This document shows positions 30,167 to 39,803 of a stretch of 64,000 nt of DNA, one piece after another (position 1 is the stretch's first letter; each line of letters opens with the position of its first letter). Under the pieces are notes generated by a model. It had not been told where the DNA came from and ran no database searches. It saw only the letters and a list, made by a program, of their open reading frames with translations. The position numbers and the translations under genes were made by a program. Source of the stretch: an uncultured Flavobacteriaceae bacterium (GTDB lineage Bacteria; Bacteroidota; Bacteroidia; Flavobacteriales; Flavobacteriaceae); assembly GCA_905381055.1 (NCBI GenBank), contig CAJPUR010000007.1, forward strand, positions 57,705 to 121,704, read 5' to 3'.

Positions 30167-31020
30167 ACTTCTTAAAAAATATAGGATATAGATTTGAACT
30201 TTTAAATATTGCTGAAAGAATAATTTTATTAAACGTAATAATCTTTGTAATTCCATTTTTCATAAAAACATTTCTTTTTCTTTTTAACATTGGTTTTTAT
30301 GATTTTATTAGTTGGTTTAAATTATCTCCTGAATTATTCACTTTCATTTTTAAGCCTTGGACTATTATCACATACGGATTTATTCATGGAAGTATAAGTC
30401 ATATTTTATGGAACATGATATTGCTTTATTTTTCATCTAGATTTTTTTTAAATTTATTTTCTGATCAAAAATTTTTGAACACATATTTTCTTGGAATAAT
30501 TTTTGGTGGGATTATTTTTTTATTTAGTTTTTCAGTTTTCCCTGTTTTCAAGAATAGTTATTCTAATCTAATTGGTTCATCTGCAGGTGTAATGTCTGTG
30601 TTAATTTTTGTTTGTACATATTCGCCTAATCAAGAAATTAGAATTATTTTCTTTAATCTAAAACTTCAGTATTTAGGTATTGGATTGGTATTAATTGACA
30701 TTATTCAGATTCCCTCGGGTAATGCTGGAGGAAATTTAGCCCATTTAGGAGGGGCTTTATTTGGTTTTATTTATGCTAATCAATTAAAAAAGGGTAATGA
30801 TATTGCTTTGATTTTTGAAAAGTTTTCTTATGCATTTTTTAATCTTTTTAAAACACCTGTTAAGCTTAAAAAAGTTGATGGAAACAGGCGTAGGAAGCAA
30901 GGCTCTTCAGAAAAACAAAAAAGGTTAGATCAAATTTTAGATAAAATCAGTAATTCTGGATACGATAGCCTTTCAAAGGAAGAAAAAGATTTTCTTTTTA
31001 AAATTGGAAAGGATAAATAA
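30163..31020 (+). CDS. rhomboid family intramembrane serine protease with charged C-terminal tail
   Basis: Motifs FIHGSISHILWNM, GSSAGVMS and AHLGGALFG. ATG 30163 overlaps the preceding stop (ATGA). Confidence 0.8.
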   Translation: MNFLKNIGYRFELLNIAERIILLNVIIFVIPFFIKTFLFLFNIGFYDFISWFKLSPELFTFIFKPWTIITYGFIHGSISHILWNMILLYFSSRFFLNLFSDQKFLNTYFLGIIFGGIIFLFSFSVFPVFKNSYSNLIGSSAGVMSVLIFVCTYSPNQEIRIIFFNLKLQYLGIGLVLIDIIQIPSGNAGGNLAHLGGALFGFIYANQLKKGNDIALIFEKFSYAFFNLFKTPVKLKKVDGNRRRKQGSSEKQKRLDQILDKISNSGYDSLSKEEKDFLFKIGKDK

Positions 31021-31021
31021 A

Positions 31022-32026
31022 ATGAAATTAAGTTTTGTTCATAAGATATTTTTATTAATAAATGTTTTTTTATTGTTAATTCAATCAGGAATATTTAATT
31101 TATTTAAAGTATTTATCAATGTTGACTTTCTTAATTTTATTTTTTCTTATATTGTTTTTATAAATTTTTTATTCTTTTTTTTCTGGATTATAAATAATAA
31201 ATGGCCATTTATCCTTTTCATTCCTTTTTTTATTTTTTTTGATCATTTTGGACTACTATATCAATTTCCCAAAACAACGGTAAGAACAGAAGTTAATTCT
31301 TTTAAAGTTATCAGTTTTAATGTGAGATTATTTAATAAATATAAATGGATTAAAAATGAAAATATCCCTAAAAAAATTTCAAATTTTATAAAAAATGAAG
31401 ATCCAGATATTGTTTCTTTTCAAGAATTTTCGATTACTGAATCACCTAAATTCAATAAATATAAATATAACTATATTAAAAAAACTAAAGATAATGGAAC
31501 TGTAGGTTTGGCAATTTTTTCAAAATTTCAAATTATCAATAAAGGATTTATTAAATTTGATAATTCTAATAATAGTGGAATTTTTTCAGATTTAATTGTT
31601 AAGGGTGATACTGTTAGAGTTTATAATCTTCATTTGGAATCTTTGAGAATTGATTTGAATGAAAATAAAATTGATAATTCCTCATCAAATGTTTCAAAGA
31701 ATCAACTTCAAGATACATTTGAAAAACAAGTAAATCAAGCTGATATTTTTCAAAAAATTGATATTGAAAATAATTTTAAAACTATTATATGTACAGATTT
31801 AAATAATTCTGCATTTTCTTCAGTCTATAGTAAAATCAGAGGGGATAAAATTGATGTTTTTACTTCTAACGGCTCTGGGCTTGGGTCTACTTTTAATTTT
31901 TTTATATTTCCATTTAGAATAGATTATATTTTTGTGGATAAAAAATTTAAGATTTATGATTTTAAAACTCATAAAAACGAGAAGCTTTCTGATCATAAAC
32001 CAATATCTGTGAAATTAAGTTATTGA
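31022..32026 (+). CDS. endonuclease/exonuclease/phosphatase (EEP) family membrane-anchored protein
   Basis: N-terminal TM helices, then EEP motifs (ISFNVRLFN, VSFQE, C-terminal LSDHKPI). ATG at 31022. Confidence 0.75.
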   Translation: MKLSFVHKIFLLINVFLLLIQSGIFNLFKVFINVDFLNFIFSYIVFINFLFFFFWIINNKWPFILFIPFFIFFDHFGLLYQFPKTTVRTEVNSFKVISFNVRLFNKYKWIKNENIPKKISNFIKNEDPDIVSFQEFSITESPKFNKYKYNYIKKTKDNGTVGLAIFSKFQIINKGFIKFDNSNNSGIFSDLIVKGDTVRVYNLHLESLRIDLNENKIDNSSSNVSKNQLQDTFEKQVNQADIFQKIDIENNFKTIICTDLNNSAFSSVYSKIRGDKIDVFTSNGSGLGSTFNFFIFPFRIDYIFVDKKFKIYDFKTHKNEKLSDHKPISVKLSY

Positions 32027-32634
32027 TTTTTTTTTAAATTATTAATAAAATTTATACTTTCAGGACCAAGATTAAATATTAGATCTACAATACTTAAATT
32101 TTCTATATAACCATGTTTGTTTTCAAAAACTTGAGAGTATCTACTAAAAGTAATTTTTTGATCATCTTTTGTTAAAATAATTTTTTTTTCAATCTCATTT
32201 TGCGATAAATTTTTTGTGCTGGATTCTGTTTCTAATTTAATCTCTAGTATTGAAAGTAAAGTCTCAATTAACATAATATTGTATTCCATTAGGTATTCAA
32301 ATTTAGTTTTATAAAACTTGACTAACTGAGATTTATAAAACTCAAAATAAGGAGAAGAACTATAAGAGTTTTCAATAGTTTTCCAATGTTGTTTTTGCCA
32401 ATTTTCCTCATAGCAAATTTTAATTTGGAAATCTTTTCTTTCTTTTTTACTTTTAGGTTTTACAACTGGCACATATAATTTAAATAAACCATTAGAAGAG
32501 TAAATTTTTGTTCTATTTCTATAGGTTTGTTTTTGATAATTACCATGAACATGCCAAATAGTTTTATCATTTTTTTTTAGTAAATAAAAATAATATATAT
32601 TAGGAAGGTAAGCTGGGCAAATAATTAAACTCAT
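32020..32634 (-). CDS. WbqC family protein
   Basis: 204 aa. The pattern PAYLPNIYYF....K.D......GNYQKQTYRNRTKI....G...L.VPV matches the WbqC-like family. Confidence 0.8.
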   Translation of the reverse strand: MSLIICPAYLPNIYYFYLLKKNDKTIWHVHGNYQKQTYRNRTKIYSSNGLFKLYVPVVKPKSKKERKDFQIKICYEENWQKQHWKTIENSYSSSPYFEFYKSQLVKFYKTKFEYLMEYNIMLIETLLSILEIKLETESSTKNLSQNEIEKKIILTKDDQKITFSRYSQVFENKHGYIENLSIVDLIFNLGPESINFINNLKKNQ

Positions 32635-34325
32635 TTGAGTTGTTTCTTTTTAATGAACACAATAAGCTGCCATAAAATTATTGATAAAATAAAATAAGGA
32701 AAAAATGAAATTGGCTCTCCTTCCCCTTTTACTGTTGTCATTAATCTATCCCATCGTATTCTCCAATTTTTAATCCCGTCATTTATGCCCTTAATACTGA
32801 ACCAAATCAGAACAGGTTTTCCAACTATATGGTCATCTGGAACAAAACCCCAAAATCTGCTATCTTCAGATTTATGACGATTATCTCCCATCATCCAGAA
32901 ATAATCTTTTTTGAATGTATATGAATCAGATTTAATACCATTTACATAAAAAACATTCTCAATTTGAGATAAAATATTTTTTTCATAATCTTTAATTATT
33001 TTTTTATACAAAAAAATATTATCAGTTGTTAATTTAACTTCCATTCCTTTTTTTGGTATTAATATTGGACCAAAATTATCCTCATTCCAATTGTAGGATA
33101 TATCATTTGGGAAAGAGTTTAAATAGTAACCTTTATTATAAGAAATATTTTGGATTATACTATCAAACAAATTTGTTTTTTTTAATTTTTTAAATTCATT
33201 TACACTTAAAGTTAGTTCTTTGTTTTTTTCCAAAAGCTCAACTGCATTTATGCCATTTTTTTTAATTAATTCTTTAGAAAATCCAGATGAATTTGTAACT
33301 ACTATAAAATTATTAGAGTCATTAGATATCACTCCAATAATTTCATTTTTAATTGAGTTGTAAATTGATTGTGAAATATTTTTGATTTTAAATTTTCTAT
33401 TGAAATTCTCTATATTATTTTGGATTAAATCTTTTGATGAGATTCCTTTTGAATTATAAATTTTGTATGAAAATTGAATTTTCGCTCTTTCAGGTAAAAT
33501 ATTTTTATTATTATCAATATAAACATATCCATTTATTATTTCTAAAGAATCTCCCGGAAGTCCAACACATCTTTTTACATAATTCGATTTTTTATCAATT
33601 GGTTTTTTTACACCCTTTTCTCTTACAAAAAACCTTCTAACAGTATCAGCAGGCCAATTAAAAACGACTATCTCATTACGTTTAATTTTTTTGAAACCAG
33701 GTAGTCTAAAATAAGGAAGTTGAGGAAACTTTAGATATGATCTTTTTTTTATTATTGGTATTGTATCATGAACCATTGGAAACGAAATTGGAGTAGTAGG
33801 AACTCTAGCACCATAATGAAATTTACTTACAAACAAAAAATCTCCTATTAGTAGAGTTTTTTCAAGAGATCCAGTGGGAATAATATATGGTTGAATAAAA
33901 TAATTATGAACTATTGTAGCAGCTACTACTGCAAAAATTAATGAATGGATAAATTCACCAAGCCATGTTTTATTAGTTAAATCCCTGTTTTTTATATAAT
34001 TAATCTTTCCAAAATAATTTATATAGGTAACATATCCACCTAAAGTGGCTAGACCAATAACTGTATCTAAATTTGATCTTTTACCAAAACTTCTCAATAC
34101 TTCAGTTATAACAACACCTATCATTAATAAGTTTATAACTGGGATGAATAATAAAACAGTCCACCATTTTGGTCTCTTAATTATTTTCATCAATATAATT
34201 AAGTTATAAAATGGAATTAATGAAAAAAAAGGTTTCTCACCTGCTTTAATATAGAGCTTCCAAGTGCTTATAAAATAAACTATTTGAAAAATTAGAAAAA
34301 TTATAATCCACTCTGTTGAATTCAT
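32631..34325 (-). CDS. lepB: signal peptidase I (long Bacteroidota form)
   Basis: Catalytic Ser box IPTGSLEKTLLIGDFLFVSK, Lys box VKRCVGLPGD, and GDNRHKSEDSRFWGFVP. 564 aa. Confidence 0.9.
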   Translation of the reverse strand: MNSTEWIIIFLIFQIVYFISTWKLYIKAGEKPFFSLIPFYNLIILMKIIKRPKWWTVLLFIPVINLLMIGVVITEVLRSFGKRSNLDTVIGLATLGGYVTYINYFGKINYIKNRDLTNKTWLGEFIHSLIFAVVAATIVHNYFIQPYIIPTGSLEKTLLIGDFLFVSKFHYGARVPTTPISFPMVHDTIPIIKKRSYLKFPQLPYFRLPGFKKIKRNEIVVFNWPADTVRRFFVREKGVKKPIDKKSNYVKRCVGLPGDSLEIINGYVYIDNNKNILPERAKIQFSYKIYNSKGISSKDLIQNNIENFNRKFKIKNISQSIYNSIKNEIIGVISNDSNNFIVVTNSSGFSKELIKKNGINAVELLEKNKELTLSVNEFKKLKKTNLFDSIIQNISYNKGYYLNSFPNDISYNWNEDNFGPILIPKKGMEVKLTTDNIFLYKKIIKDYEKNILSQIENVFYVNGIKSDSYTFKKDYFWMMGDNRHKSEDSRFWGFVPDDHIVGKPVLIWFSIKGINDGIKNWRIRWDRLMTTVKGEGEPISFFPYFILSIILWQLIVFIKKKQLK

Positions 34326-34330
34326 AAAGT

Positions 34331-35035
34331 TTATTTCATTTTAAGTACATCACTCATTTTAAAGACCCCTTTTTTATTTATTATCCATTCTGCTGCTATT
34401 ACAGCACCGAGGGCAAATCCATCTCTTGATTTAGCTTTATGTTCAATTTTAATTAAGTCGATTTTTGAGTCATAATTAACAGAATGATATCCAGGATTTT
34501 CTCCAGTTCTATCAACATTAATTTTTAATTGATTTTTGGTGGGGTTTTTTGATACTGTCCATTCAGAAAAATCACTATTTCCTATAATATCTTGAGCTAA
34601 CTTAATTGCTGTTCCACTAGGACTATCTAATTTTTCGATATGATGAATTTCTTCCAAACTGGGAGTGTATTCAGGGTATGGGTTTATCAATTTTGATAGA
34701 ATCTCATTAATTCTAAAAAAAATATTAACTCCAATGCTAAAGTTAGATGAATATAAAAATGCTTTATTATTTTCAATACAATAATTTTCAATAAAGTTAA
34801 GGTTGTCAAGCCATCCTGTAGTTCCAGATATTACAGGAATATCTTTTTTTAATGCTAGCAAAATATTATCTTTTGCAGAAGAAGGTGTTGAAAAATTTAT
34901 AGCCACATCAGCTTCAGAAATCTCACCTTTCAAAAAATTTTTATCAATTATTGAAATAATTTTATGATTTCTTGATAAGGCAATTTTTTCAATTGCTTTT
35001 CCCATTTTCCCATAACCTAAAAGTGAAATTTTCAT
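34331..35035 (-). CDS. dapB: 4-hydroxy-tetrahydrodipicolinate reductase
   Basis: Motifs GYGKMG, ISGTTGW and EIHHIEKLDSPSGTA. Confidence 0.9.
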   Translation of the reverse strand: MKISLLGYGKMGKAIEKIALSRNHKIISIIDKNFLKGEISEADVAINFSTPSSAKDNILLALKKDIPVISGTTGWLDNLNFIENYCIENNKAFLYSSNFSIGVNIFFRINEILSKLINPYPEYTPSLEEIHHIEKLDSPSGTAIKLAQDIIGNSDFSEWTVSKNPTKNQLKINVDRTGENPGYHSVNYDSKIDLIKIEHKAKSRDGFALGAVIAAEWIINKKGVFKMSDVLKMK

Positions 35036-35040
35036 ATTTA

Positions 35041-35592
35041 TTAAAATTTAAGATTTATACTTAATCCTAGGTTAGTTTTTTTAGAAATTAAATTATTTCC
35101 TAATTTAGGAGATAGCACAAGATTTTCATTAACATTAAATTGAAGAAGATGTGCACCTATATTAGCATCTAATATATTCAATAAATATGATCCTAGTATA
35201 AACAATGCAGAAACATCTCTATATTTTCTATGGTATTTATAACCCTCTATTAATTGACTTTCTTGCAATATTCTTCCATAGAATTCATCGTCAGTGTAAC
35301 CTGCTAATCTCCTTTTATAAGCTACTCTATATCGCTTCATTTCTTGATTATTATAATGATAGCCATAAATTGATGAACCTATCATTCCATATATAAGTGG
35401 AAGTTTCCAGAATTTTTTTGTATAAATTTGACCTAACCCTGGCACTACTGCTGAATAGAAAGCTGCTTTAGATGGTGTTAATGGATTTAGTGCAATAACT
35501 TCTTTTTTGCTCAAGCTATCTAATTGTTTTTTTTGAGAAATTATTTGATTTGAAAATATAATTAATAAAATAAAGATTATTTTTTTATTCAC
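35041..35592 (-). CDS. DUF5683 domain-containing protein
   Basis: 183 aa with a signal peptide and the AAFYSAVVPGLGQIYTKKFWKLP motif. Conserved position after parB in Flavobacteriia. Confidence 0.7.
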   Translation of the reverse strand: MNKKIIFILLIIFSNQIISQKKQLDSLSKKEVIALNPLTPSKAAFYSAVVPGLGQIYTKKFWKLPLIYGMIGSSIYGYHYNNQEMKRYRVAYKRRLAGYTDDEFYGRILQESQLIEGYKYHRKYRDVSALFILGSYLLNILDANIGAHLLQFNVNENLVLSPKLGNNLISKKTNLGLSINLKF

Positions 35593-36463
35593 TTTTTAGT
35601 TTATTTTTTATTCTTTCGAAATCTTTTTGAGACTTGTATTGAATTGAAATAATTCCATTACCTTTTTTGGAAAATGAAACTCTTACCTTACTCTTAAAAA
35701 AAAGTTCTAAATATTTTTCACCATCAGCAATAAAATTAGGCTGAATATTTATTGATTTCTTTTTTTTGATTTTTATTTTTTTAACTAAATCTTCTGTTTT
35801 TCTTACACTTAACCCTTTACTTAGGATTTTTTGGTATACTTCAAGTTGGATTTCTCTGTTTTCAATACTCGCTAATTCTCTTCCATGAGCCATTGATAAA
35901 AATCCATCCCTTATTCCAGACTGTATTATGGGATCTAATTTAAGTAATCTCAAATAGTTAGTTATTGTTGATCTTTTTTTTCCAATCCGTTTGCTTAGAT
36001 TATCTTGAGTAATTGAAAGTTCTTCAATTAGTTTTTGATATGTAATTGCAATTTCAATTGAATCGAGATCCTCTCTTTGGATATTTTCAATTAAGGCCAT
36101 TTCAAGTGACTCTGAGTCATTAACTGATCTTATATATGATGGAATGTTTTGTAAACCAATAAGCTTTGATGCCCTTAGCCTTCTTTCACCAGAAATTAAT
36201 TGAAATTTGTCATCATTAATTTTTCTAACTGTAATTGGTTGTATAAGCCCTAAATTTTTTATTGATATTGATAACTCTTCAATTTTTTTTGTATTAAAAT
36301 TTTTTCTTGGCTGGTTTGGGTTTATTTCAATTTGATTAATTTTAATTTCATTAATAAGTTCATTATTTTTAAGATTTAAGTCACTTTTAGAACTTTTATT
36401 TTTATCATTTAATAAAGCTTCAAGTCCTCTTCCTAAAACAGATTTTGAATTTTTCTTTTTCAT
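35585..36463 (-). CDS. parB: chromosome partitioning protein ParB
   Basis: ParB box motifs NPNQPRK, GLIQPITVRK and ISGERRLRAS, plus an HTH (NLSKRIGKKRSTITNYLRLL). Confidence 0.9.
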   Translation of the reverse strand: MKKKNSKSVLGRGLEALLNDKNKSSKSDLNLKNNELINEIKINQIEINPNQPRKNFNTKKIEELSISIKNLGLIQPITVRKINDDKFQLISGERRLRASKLIGLQNIPSYIRSVNDSESLEMALIENIQREDLDSIEIAITYQKLIEELSITQDNLSKRIGKKRSTITNYLRLLKLDPIIQSGIRDGFLSMAHGRELASIENREIQLEVYQKILSKGLSVRKTEDLVKKIKIKKKKSINIQPNFIADGEKYLELFFKSKVRVSFSKKGNGIISIQYKSQKDFERIKNKLKSE

Positions 36464-37236
36464 TTTTTTGAAACTTTATTTTTTTTAATTATTTCCTGAG
36501 CTAAACTTAAGTAATTTTGTGAACCTTTACTAGTGGCGTCATACTCAATAATATTTTCTCCAAAACTTGGAGCTTCAGAAAGTCTTACATTTCTTTGAAT
36601 TACTGTTTTAAAAACCATTTTACCAAAATGCTTCTTTACTTCTTCAACAACCTGATTTGAAAGTCTTAATCTTGAATCATACATTGTTAAAAGTAATCCT
36701 TCAATATTTAAATTATTATTGTGAATTTTTTGAACACTTTTTATAGTATTTAAAAGTTTCCCGAGACCTTCTAGAGCAAAATATTCACATTGAATTGGAA
36801 TTAAAATTGAATTAGAAGCAGTAAAAGCATTTAGAGTTATTAAACCTAATGAGGGAGGACAATCAATCAAAATATAATCATATTTTTTAGACAATTTTTT
36901 TAAAGCTTTTTTTAGCATAAATTCTCTATTAGATTTGTTAACTAATTCAATTTCAATAGCTACTAAATCAATATTAGCTTGAATTATATCAAAATTTGGA
37001 GAGCTTGTTTTTTTTATGGTTTCATTTATATTTTTTGCATTTAGTAAAACATCGTAAGTTCCAATCTCTTTTTTGTCAAGTCCTGAGCTTATTCCAGATG
37101 TAGCATTTGCTTGAGGGTCGGCGTCAATTAATAATATACTTTTTTCAAGAATTCCAAGTGCAGCAGCTAGATTAACTGAAGTAGTTGTTTTACCCACACC
37201 TCCCTTTTGATTTGCAATTGAAATAATTTTCACCAT
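36460..37236 (-). CDS. parA: ParA/Soj family chromosome partitioning ATPase
   Basis: Deviant Walker A NQKGGVGKTTT and IDCPPSLG. ATGA overlap with parB. Confidence 0.9.
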   Translation of the reverse strand: MVKIISIANQKGGVGKTTTSVNLAAALGILEKSILLIDADPQANATSGISSGLDKKEIGTYDVLLNAKNINETIKKTSSPNFDIIQANIDLVAIEIELVNKSNREFMLKKALKKLSKKYDYILIDCPPSLGLITLNAFTASNSILIPIQCEYFALEGLGKLLNTIKSVQKIHNNNLNIEGLLLTMYDSRLRLSNQVVEEVKKHFGKMVFKTVIQRNVRLSEAPSFGENIIEYDATSKGSQNYLSLAQEIIKKNKVSKK

Positions 37237-37299
37237 TGAATTTTATCTTAATAAAAATACAATTATTTAAAGTTTCATAAAATAATAAAGGCACCTATT

Positions 37300-37605
37300 T
37301 TATTTTTCAATAATATAAATAGTTTCATCTTTTTTTTTATGGCCATAAAATTCGCGTGCAAATTTTTCGAGACTATCAATGTCTTCTAATCTTTTGATGT
37401 TCTTTTTATCTTGATTAATTGAATTGGTTAACTCTTTCTTTTCATTTTCAAGTTTTTCAATTTCATTATTAAGATCTAAATGAATCTTTAATGAATGAGT
37501 ATCAAGGAAGATCATCCATAAAATAAAAAGTATTGATATTAAAATATAGAACAGTTTGTATTTTTTATTTTTTTTGAATGCTTCTTTAATAAAATTTAAA
37601 AACAT
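37300..37605 (-). CDS. septum formation initiator family protein (FtsB/DivIC-like)
   Basis: 101 aa with a single N-terminal TM helix followed by a coiled coil (IEKLENEKKELTNSINQDKKNIKRLE). Architecture-based call. Confidence 0.6.
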   Translation of the reverse strand: MFLNFIKEAFKKNKKYKLFYILISILFILWMIFLDTHSLKIHLDLNNEIEKLENEKKELTNSINQDKKNIKRLEDIDSLEKFAREFYGHKKKDETIYIIEK

Positions 37606-37608
37606 AGA

Positions 37609-38004
37609 TTATTTTTTGATTTTATCAACTTTATCATCTGTAATTAATTCACTGTATGAATTACCCCAACTGTTAAGTATATAGTTCATTACATCAGCAA
37701 TTTCATCATTATCTAAGCCTTGATTTTCCATTACTCCATCATATTCTCTTGAATTTACTGTAATTTTTCCTTTAAGGCCATATTTGATAGCATAAATACT
37801 TCTATCGACATCATTCAATAGGTAATCAGATTTTGCAAGAGGGGGTATTTCACCTGGAGTTCCTTTTCCATCACTTAAATGACATCTTATGCAAAAATCA
37901 TTATATATTTCTCTTCCATCTGCTATACTGCTTTCTTTTGATTTGTAAGACTGCGAAACTCCAATAAATATTAATGAAAAATAAATAAGTAAAACAAATT
38001 TCAT
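37609..38004 (-). CDS. c-type cytochrome (class I, mono-heme)
   Basis: 131 aa with a signal peptide, the heme-binding motif CIRCH and a downstream Met (DGVMENQG). It starts 9 nt after the dehydrogenase stop. Confidence 0.8.
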   Translation of the reverse strand: MKFVLLIYFSLIFIGVSQSYKSKESSIADGREIYNDFCIRCHLSDGKGTPGEIPPLAKSDYLLNDVDRSIYAIKYGLKGKITVNSREYDGVMENQGLDNDEIADVMNYILNSWGNSYSELITDDKVDKIKK

Positions 38005-38013
38005 TTTAAAAAT

Positions 38014-39141
38014 TTAGTTAGGTAAAATTTTTATTATACCTATTCCATCAACTCCAACGTACAAAAAGCCATCAGGGCCTTCAACTACATTTCGTACTTT
38101 ACCTCCAATTTTTTCAAGAATTTTTTCTCTTTTAATTACTTTTTTGTCTTTCAAAACTAGTCGCTCTAAATAGTTGAATTTTAATGAACCAATAAACAAG
38201 TTGTCTTTCCATTCAGGATAAATGCCTGAGGTTGAAAATGCCATCCCCGAAGGAGCAATAGAGGGAACCCAGTAGTACAGAGGTTGTTCCATACCAGGGA
38301 AATTTGTAATATCAGTTATAGATGTACCACTGTAATTGATTCCATAGGTGATTTTGGGCCAACCATAGTTTTTTCCAGGTTCTACAATATTTATTTCGTC
38401 ACCACCTCTAGGACCATGCTCATGAGTCCAAATTTCACCAGTTTTATAATGTTTAACCATGCCTTGAGTGTTTCTGTGTCCAAAAGAATAAATTGCTTTT
38501 TTAGTGATATCATGATTTGAAAAAGGATTGTCATTAGGGATTTTTCCATCTTCAGTAAGTCTGTAAATTTTGCCTCCATCTCGGTTTAAGTCCTGAGGAT
38601 TTAAATCTCTATTTCCTCTATCGCCAATAGAGAAAAAGATGTAACCGTTGTTGTCAAAAATTATTCTTGATCCAAAGTGTTGACCTTTTTTTGAGTTTTC
38701 TTTTCCTTTATATAAAAGTTTAAGTTTTTCAAGTTTATTATTTTTTAAGACTGCTCTATATAAGGCTGTGTTTCCGCCATTTTCTTCACCTAATGATGAG
38801 CTTGAAGTAAAATAAATAAGATTATTTTCTTTGAAATTAGGATGTAAGCAAACATCCATAAGACCACCCTGGCCCCTTAGGTAAACTTCAGGGAGCCCAC
38901 TTATAGTATTTTTAATACCATTTTTGATTCTGAACATAGTACCAGATTTTTCGGTAGCTAAAAAATCATTTTTTGATATAAAACACATACCCCAGGGGAT
39001 TTCAAAACCATCTGAAATTATTTCATAAGAATAATTAATGTTCTTAGGAGATTCAATTTCGGGAGTATTTTCTTGAGCACAGCTTAATGATATTGATAAG
39101 ACAGATATTAATGATATAAAAAAAAATTTATTGAATTTCAT
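38014..39141 (-). CDS. PQQ-dependent soluble sugar dehydrogenase (YliI/sorbosone dehydrogenase family), lipoprotein
   Basis: Lipobox SLSC. Beta-propeller motifs shared with E. coli YliI: GHRNTQG, EHGPRGGDEIN, NYGWP. Confidence 0.85.
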   Translation of the reverse strand: MKFNKFFFISLISVLSISLSCAQENTPEIESPKNINYSYEIISDGFEIPWGMCFISKNDFLATEKSGTMFRIKNGIKNTISGLPEVYLRGQGGLMDVCLHPNFKENNLIYFTSSSSLGEENGGNTALYRAVLKNNKLEKLKLLYKGKENSKKGQHFGSRIIFDNNGYIFFSIGDRGNRDLNPQDLNRDGGKIYRLTEDGKIPNDNPFSNHDITKKAIYSFGHRNTQGMVKHYKTGEIWTHEHGPRGGDEINIVEPGKNYGWPKITYGINYSGTSITDITNFPGMEQPLYYWVPSIAPSGMAFSTSGIYPEWKDNLFIGSLKFNYLERLVLKDKKVIKREKILEKIGGKVRNVVEGPDGFLYVGVDGIGIIKILPN

Positions 39142-39361
39142 AGTAAATAAAATTGATTTTTTAAAAATACAAAAATAAATAAATAACCGATGTTTATCTA
39201 TTTTTAAGAGGTATTAATTCTATCAATGAAGTTTGAAATAAAAATCATTAAAACCTATATTAAACTTCAGATTTACTTTTTTGTTAAGTTATTATATTTA
39301 GGTTATCTGATTTTAAAAGTTTTACTAGCTATCATTTAAATTAATCTTTTAACTAAATTAG

Positions 39362-39438
<77 letters not shown>

Positions 39439-39587
39439 ATAAAATTTTTAATTATGTAATTTTAAACAAATCATAATTTTTAAAATTGACATAAGGATAA
39501 ATATCAAAATCTCAATTTAAAATAAATTTAACATTTCTAAAACATTTTTTGTTTTTAATGATCATTATATTGTAAAAAATATATAAA

Positions 39588-39803
39588 ATGAAAAAACTTA
39601 ATTACTACAAGCTTATTCTGGACAAGGTAAGTTTTAATTCTAAGCTCTTTTTTAAAGAATATAAGAAAGCTTATATAGTTTTAAGTCTATCTGATAGGAA
39701 AAACCTAAAGGAATGGGTCTTAAATAAAATTAGTTATATTCCTGAATTAAATATGAAAAGGTGGGAAGTATATAATTATGAAATAGTTGGGCCAATAATT
39801 TGA
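39588..39803 (+). CDS. small hypothetical protein
   Basis: 71 aa with an ATG start. The N-terminus YYKLILDKVSFNSKLFFKEYKKA resembles a small conserved Bacteroidota protein as I recall it. The 3' end overlaps the convergent oxyR by 28 nt. Confidence 0.4.
   Translation: MKKLNYYKLILDKVSFNSKLFFKEYKKAYIVLSLSDRKNLKEWVLNKISYIPELNMKRWEVYNYEIVGPII

Noticed and set aside
24800-37236. recF and parA-parB in the same window as a hint of the replication origin.
   Set aside because: dnaA and dnaN are absent, and no cluster of TTATCCACA-like DnaA boxes is visible in any spacer. In Bacteroidota these genes are often not origin-linked, and gene orientation shows no clear strand switch.
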